Sequence record: OY723358.1
Length of the DNA stretch: 19,510 nucleotides
Direction: 5' to 3' (one strand)
In this document: one piece after another, positions 16,837-19,510 of the stretch
Numbering within the stretch: the first letter of the stretch is position 1
Layout of the letters: every line of letters starts with the position of its first letter
The notes under the pieces: model-generated
The model's input: only the letters and a program-made list of their open reading frames with translations
Database searches by the model: none
What the model was told of the DNA's origin: nothing
Position numbers and translations under genes: made by a program

Positions 16837-17190
16837 AACTCTATTTAAGCTTATAGGGTGATAAATCTCCAGAAAGCTTTCTCTTTTTATCACTCCCATG
16901 TTAGCATTTTTTCCATAAAAACTCATTTGGGGGAAGACAATGGAATACCTTAAACCTCGGTACTATCAAACCTGTGCAAAACAGACCCTTTCAACTGGTT
17001 CCTGATACATTTCATGGTCCAAAAAAGGACCGCGCCTTTGCTGTACAATTCACGAAACCGCTTCTTGACAAACTTGTAGAAATCGAAGGCCTTTTTGCCA
17101 GGTCCTGGCGCTGGTGGCAACCACCTTAAGGCGCAGTAGACTTATTATCGACTGAAGATTGATTTTTTCTCCCCTTCCTTGAGCACGTGA

Positions 17191-17643
17191 TTATGGAATA
17201 AAGAAAGAGAAAGCAAGGGTAGAGGATTTCAAAAAAACATGAATAAACATGAGAAGCTCGATCCCATAGACACAGCGATGGATGTTTTTTTCATTTCCTG
17301 TAGCCAAGAGAGCGGATGCTCCAAGGGAAGCTCTCCCTTTTTCTGGATTGTTTTGGTGAGCACACATGTGAGGTGAAAGGCAGCGTAAAGAAAAACTGTG
17401 ACTCCTATCACCCGTCTGTGACGGCTTAGTGCTTTGAAAAGTTGCCACTTGGGAAAATGTTTTGTAAGAGGGGCTAGGGCTAGGCTGATGGTTAACAGTC
17501 TGAGAGTGCAGTAACCACCATGGATGAGGAGCTTTTTCCAAGGTCTCGGACCCAGTTGATCTAGAAGCGTCGCCAACAGTAAAAAAAATAAGAGCTGGCA
17601 GAATCAAAAGTGAATAGAGGCGGGGTTTATTAATCTTTGTCAT
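17191..17643 (-). pseudogene. MsrQ/YedZ-like (ferric-reductase-type) membrane protein gene with an interrupted reading frame
   Basis: MTKINKPRLYSLLILPALIFF starts at ATG 17643, overlapping the pssA 3' end by 14 nt. At a T8 run (17581-17588) the sequence continues in another frame as LGPRPWKKLLIHGGYCTLRLLTISLALAPLTKHFPKWQLFKALSRHRRVIGVTVFLYAAFHLTCVL. That stretch parallels E. coli MsrQ ([31 protein letters not shown]...[23 protein letters not shown]) as recalled. The frame ends at a T7 run near 17231-17237. I could not find the C-terminal half of the family. Confidence 0.4.
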
Positions 17644-18462
17644 CGTCAATCTCAAAATCGACGAGGGTCTTGGCCTTTTTACCGGCAATAAGGCGAATCA
17701 GGGTGAGAACACACCCGATAAGGATATAACCTACGGAGCACACAACGAGTACAACAGGCAGGAAATAGAAGATTCCAAAGAAGATGAAGATAGCAATCAA
17801 AACGGTAAAAAGAATGAGGTGGAAAGAGGGAACCCGGAAGTGAAGGCTTTTAAGACTTAGAAACTTCCATTTGCTCACCATAAGGTAACCAAGAAGAACC
17901 ATGATGCATGTCAAGGTAATCGCCCGCACAGCATAGGACAAGTTAAACCACTCCTTTGCAAAGGTCGAATGGAGAAAGAGATTCACCGAAATTGCCCCTG
18001 CTGCAGAGGCGGGAATAGGAAGCCCTGTAAAATTTTTTTTATAAGCGGCGCTAGCCTCTTTGTCCGTCTTTAGCTCATGTGCTTTGACATTAAAGCGGAC
18101 AAGGCGGAGCACTCCGCAAATCGTATAGAGCATTGCCCCAACAACTGCAAAAAACGAGAGGCTTGTTGCTGGCTCAAGTGAAAGGCTTTTTAGGAATAAG
18201 ACCGATGGTGCAACCCCAAAGGAAATCGCGTCAGCCAAAGAGTCAAACATTGAACCGAATTCACTTTCTGCTCGAATGATCCGCGCCACCGCACCATCTA
18301 ATAGATCTGCAACGCAGCGAGCAGTAAGAGAAGGGCCGACGAATAAAGCAACTCGTAAGTACCAACTCCAGGCTCTGTCATGTTTGTCTTAAAAATAACA
18401 AACAGGCCACATGAAAGGCCAAACGCAGTAATAATATTAGGCAAAAGGTAAAATTGTTTCAT
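17630..18462 (-). pseudogene. pssA: CDP-diacylglycerol--serine O-phosphatidyltransferase (CDP-alcohol phosphatidyltransferase type) with an apparent 1-nt frameshift
   Basis: ATG 18462 is preceded by AGGA and gives MKQFYLLPNIITAFGLSCGLFV...LLLLLAALQIY, stopping at 18298-18300. The next frame reads ADLLDGAVARIIRAESEFGSMFDSLADAISFG, the DGx2ARx8Gx3Dx3D motif, and runs to the stop at 17630. The two frames join if one base is added near 18304-18312. Confidence 0.8.
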
Positions 18463-18551
18463 GTCGCTATCCTACCAAAATAAATAGTTTTTGGCGATTC
18501 GAATATTGCAAAAAACAAGATCTATCATTTCTGTTAAGAAAGAAAGGTCGT

Positions 18552-19261
18552 ATGAAAACTAAGGTATTTCTACTTATTATTGGTCTTGTAATAGGCACGT
18601 TCTTTGGATTGTACTTTACCCAATTTAAATCTGATCTGACTACAAAGAGGACTGCAAAAGTTACAGTCGATTACGGAAAAGAAAACGACTTCTTATCTGA
18701 CTTAATCAATGGACATAAAGACTTTAAAACACACTATTACCCTTTTCATGAAACCGAATTCTTAAATCTGGTTGATAATGGTCAAAAGCCTGGAGCCATC
18801 ATCATCACTTGCTCCCCCCTATACTAGCGATTTGGCTCACCTACAGGCCTCTGTATTAGCCTCTGTCGAATATGCAGTTCATCATTTAAGAATTAAGGAT
18901 ATTATTGTGATAGGGCATTCTGATTGTGGTGCGATGAATGCTATATACTCCAAAGCTGATCTATCGGGATTTCCAGAGCTTATACGCTGGCTTTCTATTG
19001 ACGATAGATTATTCAGGGCTTTTCTAAAAAAACACCAAGAACATCCACTGACCAAAAAAAAGTCTTTTTCTATTCGAAAAATTTTCAATTGTTGGACAAC
19101 TGCATCACTTATCAAACTACCCTATCTTAAGAGAGCTACTTAAAGATAAACGTGTGCACTTACATGGGTGGTTTTATGATGTAAGATCTGGAGGGATAGA
19201 TTATTATGATACCGATAAAAAAGGTTTTTTCTCTCTCTCGATAAAAGAGATTGGTTCATGA
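18552..19261 (+). pseudogene. Second beta-carbonic-anhydrase-like gene with an N-terminal membrane anchor, frameshifted and missing the Asp-Arg motif region
   Basis: Piece 1 runs to 18827 in frame 0 (MKTKVFLLIIGLVIGTFFGLYF ... GQKPGAIIITCS). Piece 2 is in frame 1 (SVLASVEYAVHHLRIKDIIVIGHSDCGAMNAIY). Piece 3 runs from about 19052 to 19261 in frame 2 (IVGQLHHLSNYPILRELLKDKRVHLHGWFYDVRSGGIDYYD). The frame changes fall at a C6 run (18814-18819) and at or just after an A8 run (19054-19061). Confidence 0.7.
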
Positions 19262-19510
19262 CCTCTATCAAAGGAAATGCACTGTATGCGCTGCAGCTTA
19301 GTATCGTATCTGGCATTTCCTATTTTCTTGGATATTTTCTAAGTGGCCTTACGCTTCCAACGGTTGCAGAAGTTAGTGGTCTATGGAGCATCATTTCCGG
19401 TGTTCTTGTTATGAAACAGCATCAGAGCGAAAGCTTCTCAGCTGGGTTCGATCGCCTTTTTGGGACACTTGTAGGATGCATTGTTTCTGCTTTCTGCCTA
19501 TATATTCCCG
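19258..19510 (+). CDS. FUSC / aromatic-acid-exporter-like integral membrane protein, N-terminal part (runs off the window)
   Basis: This ORF is not in the supplied track because it has no stop within the window. ATG 19258 overlaps the upstream stop as ATGA. The translation is MTSIKGNALYALQLSIVSGISYFLGYFLSG...GLWSIISGVLVMKQHQSESFSAGFDRLFGTLVGCIVSAF, which resembles the conserved N-terminal helices of FUSC/ArAE-family proteins. Confidence 0.45.
   Translation, partial: MTSIKGNALYALQLSIVSGISYFLGYFLSGLTLPTVAEVSGLWSIISGVLVMKQHQSESFSAGFDRLFGTLVGCIVSAFCLYIP

Noticed and set aside
16927-17190. Short palindromes (GGTCC-A6-GGACC at 17016-17031, GCCAGGTCCTGGC at 17097-17109, GGTGG-CAA-CCACC at 17113-17125) considered as terminators or an RNA element
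   Set aside because: None is followed by a T-run on either strand and the stems are only 5-6 bp. The region may just be the decayed 3' part of the msrQ-like gene plus the rmuC upstream region.
1-19510. Search for CRISPR arrays, rRNA, tRNA, integrase/att sites and tandem repeats
   Set aside because: I saw no regularly spaced direct repeats, no rRNA-like or cloverleaf-compatible segments and no integrase gene. The only long repeats are the two IS630 copies.

Overview
This window looks like chromosomal sequence from an IS-rich bacterium that is losing genes. The gene set fits an intracellular symbiont, perhaps an environmental chlamydia, but that taxon call is a low-confidence inference. The intact core is a minus-strand cyoABCDE quinol-oxidase operon followed by a beta-carbonic anhydrase. 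It also includes a divergent RpiB-family gene, a compact eukaryotic-like kinase convergent with a PIN-PhoH2 ATPase, a SWIM / SH3b / DUF455 gene trio, and rmuC. Around this core are four IS-derived segments. Two are 884-bp IS630-family copies in direct orientation, differing at 7 positions. The others are a different IS630-family fragment at the left edge and a truncated IS5-family element. Four cellular genes have broken reading frames: putP, pssA, an msrQ/YedZ-like gene and a second beta-carbonic anhydrase. Several breaks sit on homopolymer runs where removing one base restores the frame, so sequencing error must be excluded before calling them pseudogenes. I found no rRNA, tRNA or CRISPR array and no recognisable novel multi-gene system. 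The most unusual items are the IS630 recoding site, the split pssA, the minimal kinase and the uncharacterised trio.
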